Source of the DNA: an uncultured virus (IMG/VR IMGVR_UViG_3300006055_000001)
Taxonomy: Duplodnaviria; Heunggongvirae; Uroviricota; Caudoviricetes
Length of the DNA stretch: 64,000 nucleotides
Strand: one strand, 5' to 3'
Virus record (IMG/VR): IMGVR_UViG_3300006055_000001
Part shown: in pieces, positions 26,753 to 35,736 of the stretch
Layout of the letters: every line of letters starts with the position of its first letter
How positions within the stretch are numbered: the stretch's first letter is position 1
The notes under the pieces: generated by a model
Databases searched by the model: none
The model's input: the letters and a program-made list of their open reading frames with translations, nothing else
Told to the model about the DNA's origin: nothing
Position numbers and translations under genes: made by a program

Positions 26753-27186
26753 CCTCGTCGCGCGAAACCATCTATGCGGCTCTCTTTGCACAATTCGCCA
26801 GCCTCAGCGGTATCAATAAGGCTACGCGGCGATTGCAGGAGTACAGCCAGGTCGGCATCGAGAGCGAGCCGGCCCTGTTCATGCTCCAGCGCCGCGAGAT
26901 CGCGCATAAGCTCACCGGCGTGCCAACGAAATGGACGCTCAACGTCGAGCTCTACATCTACGTCAACACGGGGAACGATCTCGACAATACGATCCCCGCT
27001 CAGGTCATCAATCCGATCATGGACACGCTCGAAGCGGCCCTCGAGCCGAGCAGCGGGACCTTCTATCAGACGCTCGGGACATTGGGTGTCACGGAGGCGC
27101 GCATCAGCGGCCCCGTCGAGATTGTCGAAGGCGTCAAGGGCGCAGAAGCAGAGGTCATGATTCCAATCGAGGTTATCGTCACATGA
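26749..27186 (+). CDS. tail terminator protein (probable)
   Basis: Position; RETIYAALF N-terminus. Confidence 0.65.
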   Translation: MTSSRETIYAALFAQFASLSGINKATRRLQEYSQVGIESEPALFMLQRREIAHKLTGVPTKWTLNVELYIYVNTGNDLDNTIPAQVINPIMDTLEAALEPSSGTFYQTLGTLGVTEARISGPVEIVEGVKGAEAEVMIPIEVIVT

Positions 27187-27425
27187 ACAAGGAAGAATTA
27201 CACGCGATTGTCGAGGAAGTCTGGCGCCGCAAGGTATCAATGGCGTCTATGTCTACCGAACAGCTCAATTCCCTCGTTGCGTTCAAAGAGGAAATGCACC
27301 GGGAGATAGATGCGCTCGAGGACGAGGACAAAGCCAGCGCAACACCGGAAGTGCGCTTCCACGATATCCGGGCTGAAGCGGATCCAATTATTGAGCCGCG
27401 CGGCAGAAAGGACGAGAATGAGTAG
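27183..27425 (+). CDS. hypothetical protein
   Basis: ATGA overlap. Confidence 0.5.
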   Translation: MNKEELHAIVEEVWRRKVSMASMSTEQLNSLVAFKEEMHREIDALEDEDKASATPEVRFHDIRAEADPIIEPRGRKDENE

Positions 27426-27439
27426 CGACTAGCACATAG

Positions 27440-27498
27440 GGGTATCGAAAGGATCGAGCCCGGTCTGAGGCGGCGAGAGCCGCCCGGCCGGGCTTTTT
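27440..27498 (+). promoter_or_regulatory. terminator/antiterminator leader element, copy 3
   Basis: GGGTATCGA-AAGGA-TCGAGCCC overlapping AGCCCGG...CCGGGCTTTTT. Confidence 0.7.
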
Positions 27499-27528
27499 AC
27501 GTTTGAAGAGATCGAGGAGGAAAATATC

Positions 27529-28326
27529 ATGGCCGTATATCTGTTCGGAAGTGGGATACTTTGGGTCACGCCGCTGGTGGACGCGACCGGTACTACGATT
27601 ACGGCGCCGACCCCGCAACGCCTCGGCGCACTCCAGGATATGGCGATCTCCATCGATTTGCCAACCAAAGAACTGTACGGCACCAATTATTTCCCTTTGG
27701 CCGTCGGACGCGGCACCGGGAAGGTGGGGGTCAAAACCAAGTTCGCGCAGGTCAATATGGGCGTGCTCAACTCGCTCTATTTCGCCGAGCCGACATCGCC
27801 GGTTGTAGGCGGAGCCACACAGCTGCTGATCGTGAACGACGAGGCGGCGACAGCTTCCACCAGCACATTTACGATCTCGAAGGCGGCTAACTGCTCCTCA
27901 GGCAATCCGCTGGTCGATCTTGGCGTAAGATGGGCCAGCGGTGCGAACGCCGGGCAAGCCTTCAAGAAGGTGGCGACACCTACGCTCACGGGAACATACT
28001 CGGTCGTGTTAACTACGGGCGTTTATACTCTCTCGGGAACCGACGCAAGCGCCAAGGTAGTCGTCGACTACGGCTATTCGATCAATGCGGGCACGGCGCT
28101 GTCAATCCAGATGGGGAACCATGCGCTCGGCGTATCGCCGAGTTTCCAGGCGTTCGGGAAGGTTCAGTGGGGCGCAGGCGCCCTGCAGTTCCAGTTCAAC
28201 AACTGCGTATCGTCCAAGTTCTCGATACCGACCAAACTGGATGGGTTCGTCATCACTGAGCTCGACTTCGATTGCTTCGTGGACAATAGCGGAAATCTTG
28301 GCATATTGACCAGCTCTGAGTTCTAG
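27529..28326 (+). CDS. major tail (tube) protein
   Basis: GAGGAGG RBS; FGSG...LQD...KELYG...FPLAVGRG motif; precedes the chaperones and tape measure gene. Confidence 0.8.
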   Translation: MAVYLFGSGILWVTPLVDATGTTITAPTPQRLGALQDMAISIDLPTKELYGTNYFPLAVGRGTGKVGVKTKFAQVNMGVLNSLYFAEPTSPVVGGATQLLIVNDEAATASTSTFTISKAANCSSGNPLVDLGVRWASGANAGQAFKKVATPTLTGTYSVVLTTGVYTLSGTDASAKVVVDYGYSINAGTALSIQMGNHALGVSPSFQAFGKVQWGAGALQFQFNNCVSSKFSIPTKLDGFVITELDFDCFVDNSGNLGILTSSEF

Positions 28327-28424
28327 TTCGGGGCGGCTGCGGAAGTGGGGAGATGGGTCGGGTGGCGAAAGCTGCCCGGCCCGTCGTGCTTCCGTTCGCG
28401 CATGGATTGGGGTACAATTGCGTT

Positions 28425-28571
28425 GTCATCGGGACGCCATCGGCTGCCTCGGTAGCAGCAGCGGTACAGCCTAGGCCCGCCAGGGTACAGTCGAGACCGT
28501 GAGCGTAAGGGATTGCTGAGTCACCCCACCGATAGACTGATTCAGCCTTAACGCGCCTCCGGGCGCGTTTT
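28425..28571 (+). ncRNA. candidate structured ncRNA or tRNA leader
   Basis: TACAAT -10 at 28413-28418; GTCATCGG pairs with CCGATAGAC (28529-28537); ends in hairpin AACGCGCC-TCCG-GGCGCGTT-TT. Confidence 0.35.
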
Positions 28572-28578
28572 GCATTCC

Positions 28579-28652
28579 GCTGGTGTAGCTCAATGGCAGA
28601 GCAGCGGTTTCGTAAACCGCCGACGCGGGTTCGATTCCCGACTCCAGCTCCA
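28579..28652 (+). tRNA. tRNA-Thr(CGT)
   Basis: Acceptor GCTGGTG/CTCCAGC (one mismatch), D arm AGCTCAATGGCAGAGC, anticodon arm GCGGT-TTCGTAA-ACCGC, GGTTCGATTCC, encoded CCA. Confidence 0.93.
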
Positions 28653-28658
28653 TCCCAA

Positions 28659-28687
28659 TAGACTCTCAAATCGCTAAGCCGCAGAAT
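28659..28687 (+). promoter_or_regulatory. putative late promoter (leaderless)
   Basis: TAGACT-17nt-CAGAAT, GTG start 7 nt downstream. Confidence 0.55.
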
Positions 28688-28694
28688 TTGTATC

Positions 28695-28943
28695 GTGGGC
28701 GGGCTAGTTGTGCGGTGGATACGCGGCGGCTTCGAGCTTCTCGGCGAACTCTTCGAGAAGATTCGCAGCTTCGCGGCATCGATCTGGGGCGAAAGCCTGA
28801 GCAAGCCTCGGGGCCGCGTCATACAGATAGGCCTCCAGCACCGTCCGCTTCGACGGCTCAGCCAGGCGGCGCAGAATCGCTGCCGCCTCGCGCAAAACGG
28901 CCGCATCCTCGAGTCGCTTAACGTCCACGCTCTCAAAACCTAG
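28695..28943 (+). CDS. hypothetical protein
   Basis: Starts 7 nt after the putative -10. Confidence 0.45.
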   Translation: MGGLVVRWIRGGFELLGELFEKIRSFAASIWGESLSKPRGRVIQIGLQHRPLRRLSQAAQNRCRLAQNGRILESLNVHALKT

Positions 28944-28977
28944 CACATAAACGAAAGGAGAGGGAGAAACCCGTCCC

Positions 28978-29349
28978 ATGAATCTAACCCCGCGAAACCC
29001 GCTGATTGAGGGCGTCACCGTCACGATCAACGGGCAGGCGTATATCGTCGCTCCATTCAACATAAAGCGCAGCAAGGACACTGGCCAAGACCGCGCCGCG
29101 CTTCGGGCTGCGACAAGCCTCGACAGCGCGGAAGCAATAGGGGCGATGGTCCATATCGCCGGCGTAGCATTGCGCGCGAATTATCCCGACCTGACCGACG
29201 AGAGCCTCGAGGAAGAGCTGAAACTTGACGATCTCAGCACGATTCTGCGCGCACTTGGCAAAGCAAACAATGGCGGTGAAGAAGAGTCGGGGGAACCGGC
29301 CGGGACGGCGAGCGCGGAGACGCTGGCCCCGCCGACTGGGACCGCCTGA
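28978..29349 (+). CDS. tail assembly chaperone (gpG-like)
   Basis: Between tail tube and tape measure genes; ALRANYPDLT; slippery GGGGGAA at 29289-29295. Confidence 0.8.
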   Translation: MNLTPRNPLIEGVTVTINGQAYIVAPFNIKRSKDTGQDRAALRAATSLDSAEAIGAMVHIAGVALRANYPDLTDESLEEELKLDDLSTILRALGKANNGGEEESGEPAGTASAETLAPPTGTA

Positions 29350-29570
29350 TAGCCGAATTTTGCGTGGTGTTTGGATGGACTTGGGAATATTGCGAAAAAG
29401 ACCTGCTCATGCCGCAGATCCGTGCGCTATCGAAGTATCTGAGCGCGCATCCGCCGTTGCATCTGGTAGCAGCGGCCTTCGCCGGCGTGAAGCCGCAGCG
29501 GGAGCCCGAACAGACCAATCTTCAGTTATTCAGCGATTTCGGTGCGGCGGGCGGGACGGTGAAGGGTTAG
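29292..29570 (+). CDS. -1 frameshift extension of the tail chaperone (gpGT-like)
   Basis: -1 frame is open from the slippery site: ...DWDRLIAEFCVVFGWTWEY...HPPLH. Confidence 0.7.
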   Translation, partial: GTGRDGERGDAGPADWDRLIAEFCVVFGWTWEYCEKDLLMPQIRALSKYLSAHPPLHLVAAAFAGVKPQREPEQTNLQLFSDFGAAGGTVKG

Positions 29571-29910
29571 CGGCGATTGTTTGGTCGAACGCCCGATCGA
29601 TTTCTTCGTCACGCGAATCGCGGGGGACTCTCGCGAGAATATCGAGCATGCGACGTTGCGCGGTACAGGACATCCCATCGAGCAGCATCGTGCTGTGCCA
29701 ACTCAATGTGCCCCAGACTCCATTCTCAAGGAGAGTCGATTGGCGAGCGCATTCAGCCGCGCTAACGGTCGTAGTGCCAGACGATGCGACGGGAATCCGA
29801 TGAGCATAAACGGCACCGATAACAAACGCGAATACCCCCAGAGCGGCCCATGCAAACGCTCTTTCTCCTCTCGTCCTAACTGGGGATTGGCTTTTCACAA
29901 TTCTACGCAT
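29530..29910 (-). CDS. opposite-strand membrane-anchored protein (moron-like)
   Basis: TM AFAWAALGVFAFVIGAVYA; sits between chaperone and tape measure genes. Confidence 0.5.
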   Translation of the reverse strand: MRRIVKSQSPVRTRGERAFAWAALGVFAFVIGAVYAHRIPVASSGTTTVSAAECARQSTLLENGVWGTLSWHSTMLLDGMSCTAQRRMLDILARVPRDSRDEEIDRAFDQTIAANPSPSRPPHRNR

Positions 29911-29969
29911 ACGCCTTTCGCGGTGCCAGTGCAAACAATAGACCTTCGCCTTTGTTTCGGGAGCACGTA

Positions 29970-32621
29970 ATGGCCACCGACAGCACAATCCAAGTCCGGA
30001 TTATCGCCGAGGCCGCCAGCCTTAAATCTGGAATGGCAGAAGCCGCCGCTGCGGTTACTCAATTCTCTGCCCAAGTCGGGGTTTCGACCGAGAGCGCAGC
30101 TCAGGCAGTTCTTACTTCTACTTATCAGATGACTCAGGGTGCAGCGGCTGCAGCAGCGAGCATCGGTACCGCGATGGCGTCTATCGGCGCTTCTATGGCT
30201 GCTGTCGCCCCAAGTCTAGCCGGAGCAAATGCGGCAGTCGTTGGTCTTCGAGCATCATTCGAGGCTCTTCAAAACGTGGCGATCATTGCCGTCTTGCTTG
30301 AAGTCGCAAACAAGCTCCGGGAGGTTGTCGCCGGCGTCAATGAGAGCGAGGTTGCCCTTCTCCACATGAGCGAACGCACGGGAGTCTCCATCAGCGATCT
30401 GCATGGCATGTCTACTGCGTTTGAAGCGACCGGCGCGAGCGCCAGTTCCTTCGAGCGCGCGATGCGCATGATCGAGATGCGGCTTCAGAGCGCGGCGATG
30501 GGCAGCGCGTCTGCCCGGGATAAATTCGCCGCTCTTGGCATAAACTGGCAGACTCTGCGCGGACTCGCGCCTGAAGAAGTATTTTTCAAGGTTGCTGACG
30601 CTGTCTCGAACATGAAGGACAGTACGGAGAAGGCAGAGGCGATAATTGGTTTGCTCGGCGCGCGCTTTGGCACGCAACTCATTCCGGCTCTAAACCTTGG
30701 ATCTGCTGGACTGCGTCAAATCATCGAGGACGAGAACAAACTCAATCCGATTACACAACAAGCCGCAGAAGAGTCCAACAAGCTGCACGTCCAATGGCTC
30801 GCATTAGGCGAGGGCGCAAATTCGCTGGCGCGCGCAATGAGCCATGAGTTACGGGCCGCGCTCGGCGAAGTCTACACGGAGGTGCTCGGTCTCGGAGCTG
30901 CCGTCATCCAGCTCAAGGTTTTTTTCAGTGAATTAAGTCTGAGCAGTTTTGATTTTGGTATCACTAAGGCGCTCAAGGACGCCGCCAAAGCTGGGCAGGA
31001 CTATATCAAGACGGCGCAAGAGTTGGCAGCATCGCTCGCGAAGGTGGGGAGCGCGGGACAGGTGGAAGCGCCCGATGTATCCGGCATGGGGGCTGGCGGG
31101 AAGGCCGGTGGGGTTGCAGCCAAGGCCGCTGAGGTTGCAGCCATGAAGGCCCAAGAGGTGGCATACAGGGAGCTGGGTGACGCTGCCGCAGCGTCCGAGC
31201 AGGCGCAAGTCGCGGCCTTAAATGATTTCCAGCGCGAGCTAAAGGCGACGACGACCTCCAATGTCGCCGTTGAAACCTCTGCGGCCAAAACCGTTGAAAC
31301 TATGTACGCGGCTGACTTCGCGCTTCAGCGCGCGCAGATCGAGGAGCTGAGCAAGACGCACGTTATTACGGCGCAGCAAGCGGCGTCACAGCTTACTGCG
31401 CTTGATCAGCGGGAGTTGGCCAGCAAACTTTTGACGATCAACACGGAGATCGCCGCACTTCAGACTGAGTTGAATACCAATACCACTGCGGCTGAGAAAA
31501 TCGCCGCGCTCAAGGCGCAGGCTTACGCGCTTATGCAGGGATACGCCGCCAAAGACGTTACCGTTCAAACGAAGGCGGCGCTGGAGACGGAGCAGGCGTG
31601 GACCGATGCCTTCAGCGTAATCGGCGACAATATGAGCAAGGTTCTCGACATTATGGTGACTGGTAGCAGCAGCAAGACCAACACCATGAAAATGCAGTTT
31701 ATGAATCTGGCGCAATCTATTGAAAAGGAGATGCTGTCCAGCGGCTTGAAGCAGATTTTGATGGGTGGCGGCCCCATCATCGGAACGAAGGGCATGCTCG
31801 GCGGCATCGCCGGCGAGATCGCGAACGCGTTCTCAGGCTCGGCGGTTGGAGCCGGGCTGAAGGGTGCGATGACGACTGCGTGGACAGGGCTGACGGGGGT
31901 TGTGGGCGATGTCTTCGGCGGAGCTTGGCGCGGGATTGCGGGGATCATCCACAGCGTCTTCGGGACGGCGCTACAAGGCGTTGCATCTGCCGGCGCGGGT
32001 GCCGCTGCGTCGACTGGCGTGGGCGCGGCGGCATCCGGCACTGGCGCAATAACGACCGGCCTCAAAGAGCTGTTCTCAGCTATGACTATGGCAGTGGGTT
32101 ATTTAGCTACGATGGCTACAACCGCAGCAACTCACTTGGCCGTAGATGTTCAACTGTTGGCAGTTGCAGCCTACCACGCGGCGATTGACGTAGCGTCGTG
32201 GGCCACTACGATTGCGCAGGACGCAGCATATTACGCAGAATCTTTGATTGAGTTCATAGAAATGGTCGCTGCCGCAGTCGCCACTGCCGTGAAACCATCC
32301 TTCCTTGGCTTCACATATGCAGGCGGCGGTATCGTGCCATCGGCTGCTGGCGGCATGGTTTCGGGCGGGGGCCTCTCAATTCTTCATCCCAAGGAAATGG
32401 TGTTGCCCGCGCATCTCAGTGAAGGCGTCCAGAACGCGATCAACGGGGGCACCCTTGGCGGCGGCGGTGGTACCAGCGTAGTCGTCAACTTTACGGCGCA
32501 CGGCACCTCGGCGGGCGATATGCGGCGACACGCTGATTTGATCGGGAACATAGTCGCGCAGAAGGTACGCGACGGGCGCATGACGGGCCAGGGCGTGAAC
32601 CGGGGGGCCTTCCGCCGATGA
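29970..32621 (+). CDS. tape measure protein
   Basis: About 880 aa, Ala-rich helical; MSERTGVS; C-terminal GGIVPSAAGG...LHPKEMVLP. Confidence 0.9.
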   Translation: MATDSTIQVRIIAEAASLKSGMAEAAAAVTQFSAQVGVSTESAAQAVLTSTYQMTQGAAAAAASIGTAMASIGASMAAVAPSLAGANAAVVGLRASFEALQNVAIIAVLLEVANKLREVVAGVNESEVALLHMSERTGVSISDLHGMSTAFEATGASASSFERAMRMIEMRLQSAAMGSASARDKFAALGINWQTLRGLAPEEVFFKVADAVSNMKDSTEKAEAIIGLLGARFGTQLIPALNLGSAGLRQIIEDENKLNPITQQAAEESNKLHVQWLALGEGANSLARAMSHELRAALGEVYTEVLGLGAAVIQLKVFFSELSLSSFDFGITKALKDAAKAGQDYIKTAQELAASLAKVGSAGQVEAPDVSGMGAGGKAGGVAAKAAEVAAMKAQEVAYRELGDAAAASEQAQVAALNDFQRELKATTTSNVAVETSAAKTVETMYAADFALQRAQIEELSKTHVITAQQAASQLTALDQRELASKLLTINTEIAALQTELNTNTTAAEKIAALKAQAYALMQGYAAKDVTVQTKAALETEQAWTDAFSVIGDNMSKVLDIMVTGSSSKTNTMKMQFMNLAQSIEKEMLSSGLKQILMGGGPIIGTKGMLGGIAGEIANAFSGSAVGAGLKGAMTTAWTGLTGVVGDVFGGAWRGIAGIIHSVFGTALQGVASAGAGAAASTGVGAAASGTGAITTGLKELFSAMTMAVGYLATMATTAATHLAVDVQLLAVAAYHAAIDVASWATTIAQDAAYYAESLIEFIEMVAAAVATAVKPSFLGFTYAGGGIVPSAAGGMVSGGGLSILHPKEMVLPAHLSEGVQNAINGGTLGGGGGTSVVVNFTAHGTSAGDMRRHADLIGNIVAQKVRDGRMTGQGVNRGAFRR

Positions 32622-34069
32622 AACGACGCTCGATAATCGTCCTGTTATGCGCCGTAAGCATGTTAACCTGGCGCTCGGTGCAGGCTCAAACTCCTTGCGA
32701 GCCGATCAGCATCGGTTCTAGCGGCCTGGAATGGATCGAATCTTACGATAATTGCATTACCTATCTCAGCACGGTCGGTGGACCGATGGGTCATACGGGC
32801 GCGGCCGGCCCAGCAGGCACGCCTGGTGCTGCTGGAAGCCCAGGTGCAGCGGGCTCACCGGGGGCAGTAGGGTCGCCGGGCGCGACCGGCTCGCCGGGAG
32901 TTACGGGATCGCCAGGCGCAGCAGGATCGCCTGGAGATACAGGATCTCCCGGTGCAACCGGATCACCTGGCGCTACAGGGGCACAGGGTTCGCCGGGTGC
33001 GGCTGGATCGCCCGGCGCGACCGGCACAGCGGGCATCCAAGGTATTCAGGGGATTGCAGGACCGACAGGTTCCCCGGGAGCCGAGGGGTCGCCGGGCGCA
33101 ACGGGATTAACCGGCGCTCAAGGTCCGGCAGGAACGCCGGGTGCAGCAGGGACTCCCGGGGCTGTTGGATCACCTGGGGCGGCCGGATCTCCCGGGGCAG
33201 CAGGAGCCACAGGATCTCCCGGAGCGGTGGGATCGCCGGGCCCAATCGGTTCGCCGGGAGCTACCGGCTCACCAGGGGCTACAGGATCAACAGGTTCACC
33301 TGGCGCTACGGGATCGACTGGAACAACTGGTCTAACCGGTGATCAAGGTCCAGCAGGAACGCCTGGCGCAGCAGGAACGCCCGGTGCTGCGGGATCGCCC
33401 GGAGCAATGGGAGCTACTGGATCACCAGGGGCAACGGGATCGCCCGGACCAGTTGGAAGTCCTGGTGCGGTAGGTTCGCCCGGAGCAGTAGGCTCGCCGG
33501 GCGCAGTAGGGTCGCCTGGTGTAGCGGGGCCGACAGGATCGCCAGGGGCTCAGGGAACGCCGGGCGCTCAGGGATCGCCGGGCGCTCAGGGATCGCCGGG
33601 TGCTACGGGATCGCCAGGCGTGACCGGCTCACCCGGGCCAACTGGTTCTCCTGGTGCGACCGGTTCACCAGGGGCTACGGGGGGTGCAGGGCCGATAGCA
33701 CTAGGACACATTAACAGCCAGCCTATAGCAATTCCTACCGTTGCGACCACTTATTACATCAATCCGGTGGCTGCGGCGCAATCGACCACTCAAGCCACCG
33801 CATCCATTGCCGCTCCGATCACCGCCACATATACGCAAATCGCGTGCTCCCAAACGGCCGCCGATGGTTCAGGCAAGGTCAGCGCTTTTACGCTCGTGGA
33901 TTCAACACACACCTGCACGAGCACCCCTGTCACCTGTTCGACTTCCAACGCAGCGACTTGTGCGGCGACTGGTCTGAGTTGTCCGGTGACCGCGGGCGAC
34001 TTAATCGCCATTAAAGACGTAACTACCAGCGTCACGACCCGCAACGTGATGTGCGTGATTAGCCCATGA
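32618..34069 (+). CDS. collagen-like protein with signal peptide
   Basis: About 100 G-X-Y triplets (GSPGAT); N-terminal signal peptide ending VQA; Cys-rich C-terminal domain. Confidence 0.9.
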   Translation: MKRRSIIVLLCAVSMLTWRSVQAQTPCEPISIGSSGLEWIESYDNCITYLSTVGGPMGHTGAAGPAGTPGAAGSPGAAGSPGAVGSPGATGSPGVTGSPGAAGSPGDTGSPGATGSPGATGAQGSPGAAGSPGATGTAGIQGIQGIAGPTGSPGAEGSPGATGLTGAQGPAGTPGAAGTPGAVGSPGAAGSPGAAGATGSPGAVGSPGPIGSPGATGSPGATGSTGSPGATGSTGTTGLTGDQGPAGTPGAAGTPGAAGSPGAMGATGSPGATGSPGPVGSPGAVGSPGAVGSPGAVGSPGVAGPTGSPGAQGTPGAQGSPGAQGSPGATGSPGVTGSPGPTGSPGATGSPGATGGAGPIALGHINSQPIAIPTVATTYYINPVAAAQSTTQATASIAAPITATYTQIACSQTAADGSGKVSAFTLVDSTHTCTSTPVTCSTSNAATCAATGLSCPVTAGDLIAIKDVTTSVTTRNVMCVISP

Positions 34070-34992
34070 GCCTCGCAATTTTTCCGAAAATGATCGGTTT
34101 GACATACACGATCACGAAGTCTCCGATCGCCGGCCGTACCCTGACGCAGGAGAGTGTTTCGGGCAAGGAATTTCGGCTGGCGATGTGGGCAAAGGGCTCG
34201 AATCGCCACCAGATCACTTTGGATTTTGCGTTCCTAGGCGCACGACAGGTGTATGGCGCAGCGTCGCAGATTCCGGTAGCAGCTGCAACGATAGTGCCGG
34301 CGCTAAATCTCGCAAACGACTTTGACGCCCTACGGGGCTTCTTCCTTGAGATGCAGGGCAGCTTCACCGAGTTTCTGCTCGATCCGGTCGACGAGGATCC
34401 CGCCGTGCAAGCGCAGTTCGGAACGACCGACGGTAGCTCGACGGTCTTTCAACTGTCCCGCAACATCGGTGGTCATTCGGAGATCATTCAAAACGTCAAC
34501 GGTACGCCGATTCTGCCGAGCTACTCTTGGACAGCCGGCGATAGCGCGACAGTGAACGATATCGTGATTCCGTCGAATACGGCGTGCTATCTGCAAGGCG
34601 GTCGCGCAGGCTACGTGCAGCAAAATGGCTGGCCTTATTATCTGCTGTGCACGAGGACGTCTGGCGTTATGGGCACGGTTGAGCCTAACTGGCGATCACT
34701 TCAACTAGTTGGGCAAACCATCGCAGACGGGGGAGTAACACAATGGACGCTGCAAGGCGTTCCATTCGTCGTTTATGTTAATGGCTCAGCGGTGGATCCG
34801 TCGACCTATACGCTTGGACCAACGGGCCTGGTGACATTCAGCTCCGGCGTTTCGACGCCGGGCCAGGTGATTGCGTGGACGGGTGCCTACTACTATCGCT
34901 GCCGGTTCATGCAGGATCAAAACCAATTTGACGAGTTTATGAACAACTTTTACGAAGCAAAAAAAGTGGAACTTATTTCGATTAAGTTGTGA
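34066..34992 (+). CDS. distal tail protein (DUF2460-like)
   Basis: SVSGKEFR, LRGFFLEMQG, FGTTDG...FQL, WTGAYYYRCRF. Confidence 0.8.
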   Translation: MSLAIFPKMIGLTYTITKSPIAGRTLTQESVSGKEFRLAMWAKGSNRHQITLDFAFLGARQVYGAASQIPVAAATIVPALNLANDFDALRGFFLEMQGSFTEFLLDPVDEDPAVQAQFGTTDGSSTVFQLSRNIGGHSEIIQNVNGTPILPSYSWTAGDSATVNDIVIPSNTACYLQGGRAGYVQQNGWPYYLLCTRTSGVMGTVEPNWRSLQLVGQTIADGGVTQWTLQGVPFVVYVNGSAVDPSTYTLGPTGLVTFSSGVSTPGQVIAWTGAYYYRCRFMQDQNQFDEFMNNFYEAKKVELISIKL

Positions 34993-35000
34993 GAACGGGG

Positions 35001-35726
35001 ATGAAGAAGTTTTTTCTGTTGCTGATGACCGTCGCGATGTTGGCGCTCAGTGCCCCGCGCGCTCACGCCTATCTGTATGAGGTATGCTATCCGGGACTGA
35101 ACGGCGCAGCGTGCGGGCAGCCGTGCGACCCGCCTTTCCCTTATCCGGGGTGCGCAGCGCTCACGCCGACACCCGCGCCTACCCCCACGCCGACATCGAC
35201 GCCGACGCGCACGACACCCGTGGCTACCCCCACACCGACAGGACCGCCCACGCCGCTCTCGTCGTATAACCAAGAGTGTCCGGGAATCGGGAGTATGAAT
35301 GAGGTTGGCATCCACGGTAATCCTGCGGCGGGAATTGTCGTCATCAACTGTGCTGAAACAGTGGTCAGTTGCGCCGACATGCCGAGTAACGAGATCAAGG
35401 GCGTCCTGATTAGTCAGAATTTTGATTACAACCTGACGATGGAGACCAACCAGCACTCCGTTGTCGGCACTATCATGCCGATCAACGGCCCTTGCGTGCT
35501 GGCGGTTGGCGATACGATTTTAGATCTGTGGAACGGCTATACCCCCCTCAATCAAGTTCCGGCACCGCTGATAGGTTCCTGCTCTAGCAACCTCGGCGGG
35601 CGGGGCTGCTCATCGGCAGACTACATCACGATTCCCGAGGCCGTAGCGTTCCCTGTTATGTGGGAAGTGACGGACGATTACATGAACTCATCACAGCAAC
35701 TTACCGGGCACCCGATAGGGCAATGA
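35001..35726 (+). CDS. exported Cys/Pro/Thr-rich protein
   Basis: Signal peptide ending AHA; PT linker. Confidence 0.75.
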   Translation: MKKFFLLLMTVAMLALSAPRAHAYLYEVCYPGLNGAACGQPCDPPFPYPGCAALTPTPAPTPTPTSTPTRTTPVATPTPTGPPTPLSSYNQECPGIGSMNEVGIHGNPAAGIVVINCAETVVSCADMPSNEIKGVLISQNFDYNLTMETNQHSVVGTIMPINGPCVLAVGDTILDLWNGYTPLNQVPAPLIGSCSSNLGGRGCSSADYITIPEAVAFPVMWEVTDDYMNSSQQLTGHPIGQ

Positions 35727-35736
35727 AGGGGAAATT

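Noticed and set aside
32790..33690. Tandem DNA repeat or array
   Set aside because: Codon-level repeat of the collagen GSPGAT protein with synonymous variation. The same applies to the TA/TP tracts near 38570, 39980, 47970 and 48800.
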